A stretch of DNA of 64,000 nucleotides from a virus (taxonomy: Duplodnaviria > Caudoviricetes): the IMG/VR virus record IMGVR_UViG_2751185632_000005, positions 25,472 to 89,471 of that record. The stretch is one strand, 5' to 3'. Position numbers and translations under genes: made by a program. Each line of letters opens with the position of its first letter. Position 1 is the stretch's first letter. Positions 18,455-27,852 of the stretch are shown here, one piece after another. The notes under the pieces were generated by a model that was not told the origin of the DNA, ran no database searches, and saw only the letters and a program-made list of their open reading frames with translations.

Positions 18455-18737
18455 GGACGCCACCGTCTACGTCGTGTGGGTCCTGTGGCTCATCGGCATG
18501 GGCGAGCGGGCGGTCGCGCTGGTGGCCGGCCTCGGCAAGAAGCAGGTGTCCGGCATCATCGCCAGGTCGCCCTACCGGAATCGATCCGCCATGTCCGACG
18601 CGGAACGGAAAGCCAAACTCGACGAACTGTGGTCGGTTCGTTTCGAGGACGGAAAGCCTCTCGACGGCGGAATTCTGGATCGGGTGCAAGGGCAGTTCCT
18701 GGAACTGCGTCGTGGGCAACGTAAGGGGGCAAGATAA
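18432..18737 (+). CDS. Hypothetical HTH-like protein
   Basis: Probable TTG start; GMGERAVALVAGLGKKQVSGII. Confidence 0.55.
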   Translation: MVKIDRHKDATVYVVWVLWLIGMGERAVALVAGLGKKQVSGIIARSPYRNRSAMSDAERKAKLDELWSVRFEDGKPLDGGILDRVQGQFLELRRGQRKGAR

Positions 18738-19357
18738 TGGCGACCGGCCAGCACATCCTGGACAAACTCAAGAAGGCGAAGGAGGGCACGGTCGATCCGG
18801 CGCCGGAACCGACGGCCGACGGCCGCGGCATATTCGTCATGTCCGGGGTCAAGATCGGCATCGTCAGCAAGGACGCCGGGCTGATCGAGCAACTGGTGGC
18901 GACTGGCCGGATCGTCTCGCCTGTCGACCCCGTCGGAACGTCGGGCGCGAGGTTCCACGTGGCGTTGCGGCTCAGGGACCTGTTCGAAGGCGCACAGGTC
19001 CGGGGCATGAGGTCACCGGCAATCGGGGATGCCGGCGGGGGCGTGCCGTCCAGCGACATCACCGGCTACCAGCTCGATTGCCTGCGCATGGTCGGGCGGA
19101 TGAGAGCCGCTATGCCGAAGCCCTATATGGTCGATGTTCTAGAGCATGCGGTTTGCTGGGACTCATGGCATCCATCCGCGCCGGGTGACCTCGACTACCG
19201 GATCAAGATCCTGCAGTGCGCGATCGACCACGCCGGCGCGGCGCTCCATTACATTCCGGAGGAGTCTGTCATGCAGCGGTGGAGGCACGAGCTATGGCAG
19301 GAGGTGCGCCAAAGCGCTCCGCCAGTTCGGTCTCGTATTCGGGCCGCCAGGGATTGA
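18737..19357 (+). CDS. Putative late-transcription regulator (position of Q)
   Basis: Last gene of the rightward replication operon; function inferred from position only. Confidence 0.45.
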   Translation: MATGQHILDKLKKAKEGTVDPAPEPTADGRGIFVMSGVKIGIVSKDAGLIEQLVATGRIVSPVDPVGTSGARFHVALRLRDLFEGAQVRGMRSPAIGDAGGGVPSSDITGYQLDCLRMVGRMRAAMPKPYMVDVLEHAVCWDSWHPSAPGDLDYRIKILQCAIDHAGAALHYIPEESVMQRWRHELWQEVRQSAPPVRSRIRAARD

Positions 19358-19550
19358 GGCCGGCCCGCACCGCCGACATGGCGAGGCGCTCGGTATGCGT
19401 GAGTTCGCGCTTGCCGGTGGCGGTCTCGCTGGCGCGGGTGCGGCCGGTGATCCCGATCAGGCTTGCGCCGACTGTCGTGGCGCCGCGCGACAAGCCCATG
19501 GACTGGAGCCAGGCGCGGAAGTCGGTGGTGGTCAGGTCTCGCTTAGGCAT
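19269..19550 (-). CDS. Small XRE-type HTH protein
   Basis: MTTTDFRAWLQSMGLSR...GASLIG...LAMSAVRAGLNPW. Confidence 0.65.
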   Translation of the reverse strand: MPKRDLTTTDFRAWLQSMGLSRGATTVGASLIGITGRTRASETATGKRELTHTERLAMSAVRAGLNPWRPEYETELAERFGAPPAIARASTAA

Positions 19551-19981
19551 TCTTCGGTAATCCTCTCGGCGGCATCGGCATTCGCCTCCGACATCGCCAT
19601 CAGCCGGAACAGCACATGGACCGAGTGCGGCACGTCCTGCTCACCGTCCAGCCATTTGATAAAGCGATGCTGGGGGACGCCGGCTATCTCGGCAGCATAG
19701 GTGACCGTGATGTCGATCTCGTTGAGCAGGGCCGAAAGCTCACTGCCGGTGATGCGGCGGTAGCCGCCCGCCTTTCTGGTGTCGATTGTGCGGGAGTCGA
19801 AGAGGGCGGCGAACGCCTCGAGCGCCGCCGCCTCTGCTTCGTGTGGGGTATCGAAGCGCACGACCTTTCCGCCGCGTCGAACGAGATCGGGGACAAGACC
19901 AGGCAGCGCGAACTGCGCGACAAACTTGTCGCCATCCTGAAGCGCCTTGCAAATGCGGCGCGACGCGGGCTTGAGGGTCAT
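19532..19981 (-). CDS. Two-domain protein with C-terminal XRE/Aca-like HTH
   Basis: ITGSELSALLNEIDITVTYAAEIAGVPQHRFIKWLDGEQDVP. Confidence 0.65.
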   Translation of the reverse strand: MTLKPASRRICKALQDGDKFVAQFALPGLVPDLVRRGGKVVRFDTPHEAEAAALEAFAALFDSRTIDTRKAGGYRRITGSELSALLNEIDITVTYAAEIAGVPQHRFIKWLDGEQDVPHSVHVLFRLMAMSEANADAAERITEECLSET

Positions 19982-19992
19982 GCTCGATCCTT

Positions 19993-21534
19993 TCAGTAGA
20001 AGGTCCTCCCGTCTTTATAGACGCGGACGATGCAGGTGTTGACATAGGTCCCGACCTCGGCGAACGAACCGGCCGGCAGGTCGGACCACTTTGCGTGCAT
20101 CTTCTCCATCATCTCGCGGAAGGCAATGGCCTTCCTGGTCTCGCGAAACTCGGTGCCCGCCGACATGATGGCGGCCAGATAACCGTCGGGCTTCAAGAAC
20201 TTCAGCGCGTGGACGACATGGTCGATGTCGCGCTCTCGATCGAACGGCGGGTTCATGGCCACCACGTCGTAGAGGGCGTCCGGATCCGGCCGCATCTGCA
20301 TGAAGTCGCCGCAGGTGACGCGGTTGTAGATGCCCTCGGACTCGAGCTGCATGGCGAGGTGCGGCTGGATCTCGATGCAGTCGACCTTGTTGTCGAAGCG
20401 ATACTCCTTGCCGTAGCGCTCACGCTGCCATTCGGGGAAGTCCTCCCACCGCGTGAAGCAGCGTCGGGCCAGGTTGCCAGTACCCGCCGATGGCTCAAGG
20501 ATGCGAAGTGGAGGCTTGTCGGCCGGGCGAAGGAGTGGGGTGCCCGACAGCAGTTCGTCGGCGGCGGCCTCCGGCGTCGGGAAGAAGCCGAAGTAGCGGG
20601 CCGGCGTCGTCTTTACTTCCGAGAGTGGGTCGGCTTCCTCCGTCTGGCCGTCGCCGATCACTTCGCCGTACCAGTCGGCCAGAACCTTGTTCACCTTTTC
20701 GACGAGATCGTCTCGGGTGAACCAGAGATGAGCGTTGCCGTTCTTGAATATCCGGATTTTAAAGTAATCTCCGTGATGCTCGGATTGCTTCGGGTTCCAT
20801 GTTCCTTGCCGCTCGCGATCGACGGTGCCGACGATGCCGGCGTAGCTGGCCTTCGGGCTCTTGCCGTCGAGGATCTGGAATGCCCGCTCGATATCGAGGA
20901 GGGTGTCCTGCTGGCTCCGATACCCCCAGCACCATCGGCCGCTATCGTCGAAAGCGTGGTTCAGGATAAGCCGCGAGCCGATCTTAAAGCCGTCATGCGA
21001 ACGGAAGCGACGATCAAGCCTGGTGAAGGCGTTGGCGACGCCGCGTCGGAAAATGAGATCCGCATCGGCCTGGAAATGCTCCAGCGTGGCAAAGATGTTT
21101 TCGACCGTCACCGGCGGTAGGCCGCGTTCGATCTCGTCCATGTTGATCACCGCTCCCTTCTCGTTGGTGCGCTCCGGCACATAGCGCATCTGGTCGCGGA
21201 GCTTGTCCTTGGCTTCCTTGTCCATGAGGGATTCGATTTCGGTGGTCTGGATGATGTGCGACCAGACGTCGAGGTCGATCAGCCGCCGCGCGGTGCGGAG
21301 ATACTGGTCGCGGTCCGGCATCCGGACTGCCTTGGCAAAGGCCTTGGTCTCCCGGCTGTCGTCGTAATAGTGCGGCGAGGCGCCGGGGGCCGCAGCGCGC
21401 CACAAGCCTGCTGCCTCCTTGAGAATGGCGTCGGCGGCGGCGATAGCACCGAACGCCTCCTCGTATTTCCGGATGGCTGCATCACGGAACCGGACGATCG
21501 TCTCGACCGAGTTGCGGGGTATAAGCGCGTTCAT
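19993..21534 (-). CDS. DUF4942-domain class I SAM-dependent (N6-adenine) methyltransferase
   Basis: YFKIRIFKNGNAHLWF, FFPTP, ILEPSAGTG, VAMNPPF. Confidence 0.85.
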   Translation of the reverse strand: MNALIPRNSVETIVRFRDAAIRKYEEAFGAIAAADAILKEAAGLWRAAAPGASPHYYDDSRETKAFAKAVRMPDRDQYLRTARRLIDLDVWSHIIQTTEIESLMDKEAKDKLRDQMRYVPERTNEKGAVINMDEIERGLPPVTVENIFATLEHFQADADLIFRRGVANAFTRLDRRFRSHDGFKIGSRLILNHAFDDSGRWCWGYRSQQDTLLDIERAFQILDGKSPKASYAGIVGTVDRERQGTWNPKQSEHHGDYFKIRIFKNGNAHLWFTRDDLVEKVNKVLADWYGEVIGDGQTEEADPLSEVKTTPARYFGFFPTPEAAADELLSGTPLLRPADKPPLRILEPSAGTGNLARRCFTRWEDFPEWQRERYGKEYRFDNKVDCIEIQPHLAMQLESEGIYNRVTCGDFMQMRPDPDALYDVVAMNPPFDRERDIDHVVHALKFLKPDGYLAAIMSAGTEFRETRKAIAFREMMEKMHAKWSDLPAGSFAEVGTYVNTCIVRVYKDGRTFY

Positions 21535-21535
21535 G

Positions 21536-22033
21536 TCAGTCTCCGTTGGTGCCATGCGTGGCGGGGGTATCGAGAGGCGGAAGCCCTTGGCGGGCGCGCG
21601 CTCGGTTGACGATGTCGGTGAAGTCGACGGCCTTCAGGCCGGGGCCTCGGTAGATCCAGGGCGGATTGTCTGGGTCGAGTTTGCCGTGGTCGAACTGGTA
21701 GAGCATGTCGAGCAGGTATTCCGGCGTTGCCGGGTATGGCGCTGTGTTCCACAAGCGGGTTAGCGCTCGCCTGGTGTTGTCTCCATAGGCGAACAACTGG
21801 GTGCGGGCGCGCCGCCAGCCCGCCGCCCTTCTGTTCCGGACATTCTGCTCCCAAATGGTCCGCCTCACCGCCCGCTCAGCCATCACGGTGTCCGCGGCAG
21901 GCTGCTGCTCGGCGATCATCTCGGCCAGCAGCGGCAGCCTTTCGCGCTCGAGCCTTTGCTTCCTGGCGAGAGCCGCCCGCTTGCGCGACGTGTCCTCGTA
22001 GGGGCCGTAGCGCTGCTTCCTCGTGAATCTCAT
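21536..22033 (-). CDS. Conserved hypothetical protein (Rhizobiales mobile-element type)
   Basis: YEDTSRKRAALARKQRLERERLPLLAEMIAEQQP...W...YP...YLLDML. Confidence 0.75.
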   Translation of the reverse strand: MRFTRKQRYGPYEDTSRKRAALARKQRLERERLPLLAEMIAEQQPAADTVMAERAVRRTIWEQNVRNRRAAGWRRARTQLFAYGDNTRRALTRLWNTAPYPATPEYLLDMLYQFDHGKLDPDNPPWIYRGPGLKAVDFTDIVNRARARQGLPPLDTPATHGTNGD

Positions 22034-22227
22034 GCCTGCCCCCTGTCGTTTGTCCGCGTGCTGGTGTCGCCCATAGGCTCCCATGCGAGGATCTGCACGT
22101 CGCCATCGCGGCGGACGGTTGCGCTGGAGCGGACTTTGATGTGGCTGGAAGCCTGATCGACGGCCTGACCGATAGAGTCGGCGTCGACGGCAAGGCGCAG
22201 CCTTACCTCGACGATGTGCTTGTGCAT
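22030..22227 (-). CDS. Hypothetical protein
   Basis: GGAGACC RBS, ATGA coupling. Confidence 0.6.
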   Translation of the reverse strand: MHKHIVEVRLRLAVDADSIGQAVDQASSHIKVRSSATVRRDGDVQILAWEPMGDTSTRTNDRGQA

Positions 22228-22256
22228 CGCGGTCTCCTTGGTCCCATGATCGGGGA

Positions 22257-22290
22257 AAAGAAAAGGCCGGGCTGTGTTGCCCGGCCTTTG
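22257..22290 (-). terminator. Rho-independent terminator inside the leftward block
   Basis: AAGGCCGGGC-AACACA-GCCCGGCCTTTTCTTTT on the minus strand. Confidence 0.75.
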
Positions 22291-22313
22291 GAAAGCATCA
22301 GGTTCGCTTGCTC

Positions 22314-22673
22314 CTATCCGTCGATGACGCCAACCTTCCGCAGGTGAGCCGGGTCGTAGGAGTTGTAGAGCAGCCAAACCGATGAGCAGAAGGACGGAAG
22401 GTCCTCCTCAGCCTCATGTCGGGCCTCCGTCGCGCCCTTGAGGACTTGTTGCCTGGTGGTCTCGGCATCCCATCCCAGGGCCGTACCGAGGTCAATGATT
22501 TGCTCCAGCGTTTTCTCGTAATTGATCCGGAAACCGCTGCACTTTACATCAGCCTGCAAGAAGCGCACGAAGGCGGCGAAGTCTCCATCATAGGTCGGCT
22601 GGATGAAACCAGCGTCCGCGGCCCCGGCAACTACGGACAGAAGAAGCGTAAGCGCAACGCGGCCAACAATCAT
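22314..22673 (-). CDS. Secreted hypothetical protein
   Basis: Signal peptide VALTLLLSVVAGAADA; two Cys. Confidence 0.65.
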   Translation of the reverse strand: MIVGRVALTLLLSVVAGAADAGFIQPTYDGDFAAFVRFLQADVKCSGFRINYEKTLEQIIDLGTALGWDAETTRQQVLKGATEARHEAEEDLPSFCSSVWLLYNSYDPAHLRKVGVIDG

Positions 22674-22742
22674 ATCGGCTCTCCCGAAAAGGTGAGCCGA
22701 TGCTATTGGTCTGGCGGTGCGGTGGTCAATCCTCTCCTCGGC

Positions 22743-23126
22743 TTAGGAGCAGAAGGGCGAGGCGAAGATCAGGTAGTGGCGCCCCTCGATGATGGCCGTC
22801 TCGGCGTAGCCCTCCATGCCATGGGCGGACCACATCTCGTCGACGTCGTAGCCTTCCACGCCGGGGGCAAAGTCCATGAGGCCGCCCATCGCGTCCCAAG
22901 GGAGCGTCACCGCTTCGCCAGTGTCGTTGTAGCGGACGAGCCGGCATTCGAGTGCGACCACGTGCAGACTGAGATCGCCGATGGTCCATATCCCTTTGAG
23001 CTTGGCGCGCGGGTCGTGGTCTGGTCCGGCCTCGCGCCATAGCGGCTCTACAATCTCGGTTGAAGGGGCGTGCCGGTTCTCTCCGAGAAAGGCGTCGAAT
23101 TCCGACTTGGTCAGGATCATGGACAT
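22743..23126 (-). CDS. Hypothetical protein
   Basis: GGAGACC RBS; 127 aa. Confidence 0.7.
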   Translation of the reverse strand: MSMILTKSEFDAFLGENRHAPSTEIVEPLWREAGPDHDPRAKLKGIWTIGDLSLHVVALECRLVRYNDTGEAVTLPWDAMGGLMDFAPGVEGYDVDEMWSAHGMEGYAETAIIEGRHYLIFASPFCS

Positions 23127-23168
23127 GTGCGGTCTCCTTGGCGCCATAAGCGGCGATTGGTGGTTAGG

Positions 23169-24356
23169 TCACGCTGCGATGCTGATCGGCTCTCCGAATG
23201 GCACCTTGGCGGCAAGCTGGTCGAAGGATCGGGCATCGCCGTAGACGCCCCACAGAACAGGCATCGGCGGCTCGCGCCCGAAGTCGTAGACCTCCAGGTC
23301 GGTGAGGTAGATGCAGGCGCGGGCGTCGGGATAGTCCCGTTCGATTCTACGGAATGTGTCGGAAAACGCGGTGCCGCCGCCGCCGGCCGGATGGAGCACC
23401 AGTTCGTCGCCGGTCTCGAACTCCTCGACGCGCTGAACCGCCGCATCGGCGTAGATGACGGTGATCCTGTCCACCGCTCCCTCGCAGAAGGCGCCGTTGA
23501 TCTCGGCGGCGAAGGCGCGGAGGATCTCGTCGTTGATGGACCCGGAGGTGTCCACCGCGATCACGATGTGCGAGACGCCATCGGAGATAGTGCCGGGAGT
23601 GATGAGCCCGTGCGGGATCAGGCGCCGGTTCGGCCTGGACCATGCGAAGTCGCGCGTGGTGGACTCGTCGACGAAACGGCGGAGCACCGACCGCCAGTCC
23701 ACCTTCGGCTTCAGAAGCTCGTCCACGAGGCGCTGGATGCCCGCCGGCAGGCTTCCGGCATTGGCGGCCTTGGCGATGTTCGCCGCCTGCCTAACGGCCG
23801 TCTGCATCTCAGCACGGGCCTCGGCGAGGGCGGCTTCGTCATGCGCCGGCGCCGCATCGAGAACGGCGCCACACCCACCTGGGTCCTGTCCGCCTTGTGC
23901 GCCGTTCACGCCGCCATCGGCATCTTCCTGAAGAAGGCGATAGATTTCTTCCGCCGAGAGCCCGGTGTAGGCCGGATCGATCAGGGCGCCCTTTGGCATA
24001 GCAATGGCGACCTTCGTGGTCTTGGAGTTTGCCCGAATATACGCATCGAGCTCGCCGTTGATGGCATAATCGCAGGCCATGTTCCAGCGCCGCTGATCGC
24101 GTGTCTGCCTGCGGATGTGGTGCTCGAGGGCGTTGTGCATGACCTCGTGGGCCAGCACGAACACCAGTTCCGGCTTCTTCAACCCGTCGACGAACTTTCG
24201 GTCGAAGAACAGATTGCGACCATCGGTCGCCATAGTGTCGATGCGCGAGTCATTTGTGGCCTCTGAGAGCCTCAGGCGGGTGGTTAGTGCCCCGAAGAAC
24301 GGGTGGTTCCACATAAGCTCGGTCATGGACCAGAGAATCTTGTCCTCGGCGATCAT
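23169..24356 (-). CDS. Zn-metallopeptidase-like plus vWA domain protein (DUF2201-like)
   Basis: TMATDG, LAHEVMH (HExxH), WNMACDYAIN, WSRPNRR, VDTSGS (MIDAS), GGGGTAF, YLTDL. Confidence 0.88.
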   Translation of the reverse strand: MIAEDKILWSMTELMWNHPFFGALTTRLRLSEATNDSRIDTMATDGRNLFFDRKFVDGLKKPELVFVLAHEVMHNALEHHIRRQTRDQRRWNMACDYAINGELDAYIRANSKTTKVAIAMPKGALIDPAYTGLSAEEIYRLLQEDADGGVNGAQGGQDPGGCGAVLDAAPAHDEAALAEARAEMQTAVRQAANIAKAANAGSLPAGIQRLVDELLKPKVDWRSVLRRFVDESTTRDFAWSRPNRRLIPHGLITPGTISDGVSHIVIAVDTSGSINDEILRAFAAEINGAFCEGAVDRITVIYADAAVQRVEEFETGDELVLHPAGGGGTAFSDTFRRIERDYPDARACIYLTDLEVYDFGREPPMPVLWGVYGDARSFDQLAAKVPFGEPISIAA

Positions 24357-24721
24357 GATGTAGCTCCCTTCATGGAGATTCGAGCGCAGAGCGCGATGTC
24401 TTCGGGCGGTAGACGGGAGCGGAGCACGTTGGTAACCGTGCCGCTGAAGACCTTGGCGTTCGCGCCCCTGATGAACATGTCCTTGTCGACGAGAGGGCCG
24501 GCACTCTTCCAATGGGTGGTCCCGCTTTTATCGACAACGCGCATTGACTGCGGTTGCGACCGGAATACGGAGAATGACCGGTCTTCCGCTCGGTAGATCA
24601 GCGTCCAGTGGGCAGTTTCATAGTTGGCGAGAATGCCAATGAATCCCCAGCGGATGCCGATATCTCCCGCCGTCACGATCTCTCGGCCGAATGGCCCCAT
24701 CACTTTTCGGAAGTCAGCCAT
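24353..24721 (-). CDS. Tandem paralog 5 of an uncharacterised ~110-aa family
   Basis: WTLIYRAEDRSF...VTNVLRSRLPPEDIALCARISM. Confidence 0.75.
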   Translation of the reverse strand: MADFRKVMGPFGREIVTAGDIGIRWGFIGILANYETAHWTLIYRAEDRSFSVFRSQPQSMRVVDKSGTTHWKSAGPLVDKDMFIRGANAKVFSGTVTNVLRSRLPPEDIALCARISMKGATS

Positions 24722-25058
24722 GAGCCTTCCTCCTGCCATTCATCGAAAGCCGGGTGCATCGTGCCAGATCCTCCGGCTTGAGGCGGGCCTTCAGGATGTC
24801 GGTGACGAAGCCCTCTTCGATCTCGCCCTTAGCGACAGAGGGGATTGAGAACAGATCTCTCCCCATTAACTTCCGTGCCCGTTCGGCTGCGACGGCGGAC
24901 ATGATGCGGCGGCATTTGAACCGGCGCGTATCGGCGAAATAGATGAGCTTCCACTCGCAGAGTTCGCCGTCTTCCTTCATGCCGGAAAACCACCAGGTGA
25001 CCCGGCCGAATGCTTCCTCGGTCTTTCTTGGACCCCAGACGCTCTTGATCCTCGGCAT
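24714..25058 (-). CDS. Tandem paralog 4
   Basis: WKLIYFADTRRF...VTDILKARLKPEDLARCTRLSM. Confidence 0.75.
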   Translation of the reverse strand: MPRIKSVWGPRKTEEAFGRVTWWFSGMKEDGELCEWKLIYFADTRRFKCRRIMSAVAAERARKLMGRDLFSIPSVAKGEIEEGFVTDILKARLKPEDLARCTRLSMNGRRKAHG

Positions 25059-25061
25059 GGT

Positions 25062-25367
25062 TCACTCCGAAAGCGCGGCTGCCAAGCAGGCCGCGAGGTC
25101 GGCCGGCGGCAGAAGGCTGCGGAGATGATCACGGAGGCTTCCGTCCGGTATGTCGATTGGGCGGTGACCGAGAGCCAGCATCATCTTCGGGTTCACCGCG
25201 AAGAAATCCCCGGCCTTTCGCAGGCTGAACTTGCGATTGGAGTGGGTGAATTCGAGAGTCCATCGCAGGACAGAGCCGCTCTCGTAGGTGACCATGAATT
25301 CGAAGGTGGTCACGTTCCAGTCAGTGTGCCGGCTGAGCGGCCCCTCGATGCAGAGTGGTTTGGTCAT
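25062..25367 (-). CDS. Tandem paralog 3
   Basis: WTLEFTHSNRKF...LRDHLRSLLPPADLAACLAAAL. Confidence 0.75.
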   Translation of the reverse strand: MTKPLCIEGPLSRHTDWNVTTFEFMVTYESGSVLRWTLEFTHSNRKFSLRKAGDFFAVNPKMMLALGHRPIDIPDGSLRDHLRSLLPPADLAACLAAALSE

Positions 25368-25681
25368 AATCGCCGATCTCCGTACAGCGACATGGCGGCG
25401 CACTCAGCCATTTCCTTGGGGGTGAGCAAGGATTTCAGGTGGTCCACGAGTGGCACCGTGATGGTGAACTGCGTTCGTCCCAACCTCTTCAGATGGGCCA
25501 GACGCTTAAGGTCTTTCGGCCAATGTCGCTCTTTTCGGGTGCTGAACTCGCGTAACTCAGGGTTATACTGGAGTAAGTACGTAGCGAAGTCGCCATTGAT
25601 GAACGTCACGACAAAGGTGAAGTTTGCGATATACCATCCCGAAACGCAGCCGCGTCGCTCGATATCGATGACTTGTCTCAT
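25364..25681 (-). CDS. Tandem paralog 2
   Basis: YLLQYNPELREF...LVDHLKSLLTPKEMAECAAMSL. Confidence 0.75.
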   Translation of the reverse strand: MRQVIDIERRGCVSGWYIANFTFVVTFINGDFATYLLQYNPELREFSTRKERHWPKDLKRLAHLKRLGRTQFTITVPLVDHLKSLLTPKEMAECAAMSLYGDRRL

Positions 25682-25683
25682 GC

Positions 25684-26031
25684 TTAGATCTTTCTTGCAG
25701 TGAGTGAGGCGCCAGCAACCGTCGCAAGATCGCGATCTGTAAGCATCCCGCGTAGGGCATTCACGATCTTCCCTTTCGGCAAGGCGGAACGGAGGACGGC
25801 GATTGGCCGAAACAGGGAGGCAAGCCGGTCGGCATGCGCCTGCTCCCACCCGTTGCGCGCCGGCGCGATGACGCGGAAGGCTCTGGTCGGCGTCTCGAAG
25901 ACGAGCGTGTAGCGCCGGATGCGGCCGAGATCGTCTCCGGCAATAAACGTCCATTGGAAGGCTACGCCGCCCTCGATGAGCGTCTTCCGGTAGCCGGTTG
26001 GGCCGGCAACCCAGACGATGGCGCCGCTCAT
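25684..26031 (-). CDS. Tandem paralog 1
   Basis: YTLVFETPTRAF...IVNALRGMLTDRDLATVAGASL. Confidence 0.75.
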   Translation of the reverse strand: MSGAIVWVAGPTGYRKTLIEGGVAFQWTFIAGDDLGRIRRYTLVFETPTRAFRVIAPARNGWEQAHADRLASLFRPIAVLRSALPKGKIVNALRGMLTDRDLATVAGASLTARKI

Positions 26032-27014
26032 CCGAACACGACGTCCTGGTTCCGGACGGTCCAGTCTATAAAGGCCTGCGTGTGCGAGAGCTTGCCGTCA
26101 CGCCGGACAGCGTCCGTCATGAACAGGATCTCGAACTCGCGCGGCAGGCGCTGCATGTAGATCATGGCGTTGCCGATGGTCTTGTCGGTCACCTTGCGGG
26201 CGAGGCCCGAGCTGATGGCGAAGCGCGCCGACGAGTCCTCGGGCACCTTGGCGCCGGTGGGATTGCTAAGCACCAGGTCGAGCGAAGGCAGCCCCTGGTA
26301 GACGCGGATGAAGCCCTCGAGTTCGGCGGCCGCGCCTTCGCCCACGATGCCGGCAATAAGCGCCAGCCGGAGCGGAGACGGCTGTTGGACCACCTTGCCG
26401 ACCTGCTCCCACGCCCTCGGCGTAGGGAAGGCGCGGAGATGATCACCGTTCATGTCGTGCAGGAGGGCAGGGCGCCAGCGCAGGAAGGCGACGATGATCG
26501 GATCGACGCCGATCCTGTTGAAGTGGTGGACGGTGGTGTCGACGTCCGGGTCGACGTCGATGTGCGCGAACCGATTGGCAAGCGCCGACGGCATGCGTTG
26601 CGCGGCGGCGCGGTCGGACTGGCGGTTGCCGGCGGCCACGACGCGCCAGCCCGGCGGAAGCTGGTAGTCGCCGACGCGGCGATCGAGCACCAGGCCGAAC
26701 ATGGCGGCCTGCATCGAGGGCGCGGCGGCGTTGATCTCGTCGAGGAACAGGATGCCTTCGGCGCCGTCGCGGCCGGGCTGTGGAAACTCGTCGGGAACCT
26801 TCCACTTGGTGGTGTCTGCGGTGAGATCGGGCAGGCCCATGAGGGCCACCGGATCACGGGTGGATGCGCGGAAGTCGACGAGGCCCCAGCTCCGCTCGTT
26901 GACGATGTCACGAACGATGGAAGACTTGCCGACGCCGGGCTGGCCCCACATCATGACGGGAATATCGGCGTCGAGGAAGGCGTAGAGGGCCTGCGCTGCG
27001 GTCTGCAGATTCAT
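26028..27014 (-). CDS. MoxR-like AAA+ ATPase
   Basis: WGQPGVGKS Walker A, ILFLDEIN Walker B, VAAGNR, ALANRF, TPRAWE. Confidence 0.9.
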   Translation of the reverse strand: MNLQTAAQALYAFLDADIPVMMWGQPGVGKSSIVRDIVNERSWGLVDFRASTRDPVALMGLPDLTADTTKWKVPDEFPQPGRDGAEGILFLDEINAAAPSMQAAMFGLVLDRRVGDYQLPPGWRVVAAGNRQSDRAAAQRMPSALANRFAHIDVDPDVDTTVHHFNRIGVDPIIVAFLRWRPALLHDMNGDHLRAFPTPRAWEQVGKVVQQPSPLRLALIAGIVGEGAAAELEGFIRVYQGLPSLDLVLSNPTGAKVPEDSSARFAISSGLARKVTDKTIGNAMIYMQRLPREFEILFMTDAVRRDGKLSHTQAFIDWTVRNQDVVFG

Positions 27015-27184
27015 GGTTGGTCTCCTGGTGTCGCATGATCGCGGGTTGAGGAAGAGGGGTGGAGTGGGGTAATCTGAAACTGGGCGCGACTATTGCATGC
27101 GCTCATGTCCCCGGCCGCCAAAATTAGGCGAAGAAGTCGGAGAATATAGGACAGCGTACATTGATGACATACTGGCTTGATCTG

Positions 27185-27382
27185 ATGAGAATATCGTCCA
27201 AAGAAAACACAGGCGCCTTCGTCGTTTATTCCTACCCTATAGAGGCAGAGAGCGACGGCGAGGCCAAGGTTTTGGCTTCTGAGAAAAGCCTGATCCCGTT
27301 TTTCGATGACTACGATTACGCGGTGCTCATCTTGGGAAGCGGAGAGGTCGTAGCGACCTTCGGGGAGATGGCCGGCCTCTGA
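27185..27382 (+). CDS. Small lower-GC hypothetical protein, opposite to operon orientation
   Basis: MRISSKENTGAFVVYSYPIEAESDGEAK... Confidence 0.45.
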   Translation: MRISSKENTGAFVVYSYPIEAESDGEAKVLASEKSLIPFFDDYDYAVLILGSGEVVATFGEMAGL

Positions 27383-27428
27383 CCACTCCAAAAGAGATGA
27401 AAGGTGGCGCCCGCAGATGGGCGCCATC

Positions 27429-27839
27429 TCATTTCCACACGATGGTATCGGGAAACAGCACGGCGGGGCCGCAGATAGCCGGTGCCGATTCAAGGATTTC
27501 CCGCCTGGTGCATCTGAAGTCCGGCATCAGAATTTCGCCGGGCATCCAAGAGACATGATGGTATTGGGAATGCACAAAGTTGGCCTGGTAGATGTCTGTC
27601 GCCCTGACGTTCCGGATGTGCCGCCCGTTGATGGCTGAGGTCTCGCCGACGAACATGTCTCGGCGGTGACCATCGTACAGAACAGACACATGCTCGAACG
27701 GCTCATCGAAGAACTGAGTGATCGCCTGCGAGATGGAGTTGAACGCCACGCCGAGCAACGGGGCGTAGAAGGGCTGTATCTCCCCGATGACGGGGATGAG
27801 GAGGAACGTTGCCACGGTGGTTCGGGCCGGCGTTGCCAC
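27429..27839 (-). CDS. Hypothetical protein
   Basis: GTG start after a GGAGG RBS, just downstream of the DUF3150-like gene. Confidence 0.6.
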   Translation of the reverse strand: MATPARTTVATFLLIPVIGEIQPFYAPLLGVAFNSISQAITQFFDEPFEHVSVLYDGHRRDMFVGETSAINGRHIRNVRATDIYQANFVHSQYHHVSWMPGEILMPDFRCTRREILESAPAICGPAVLFPDTIVWK

Positions 27840-27852
27840 CGGCCCGCCTCCT

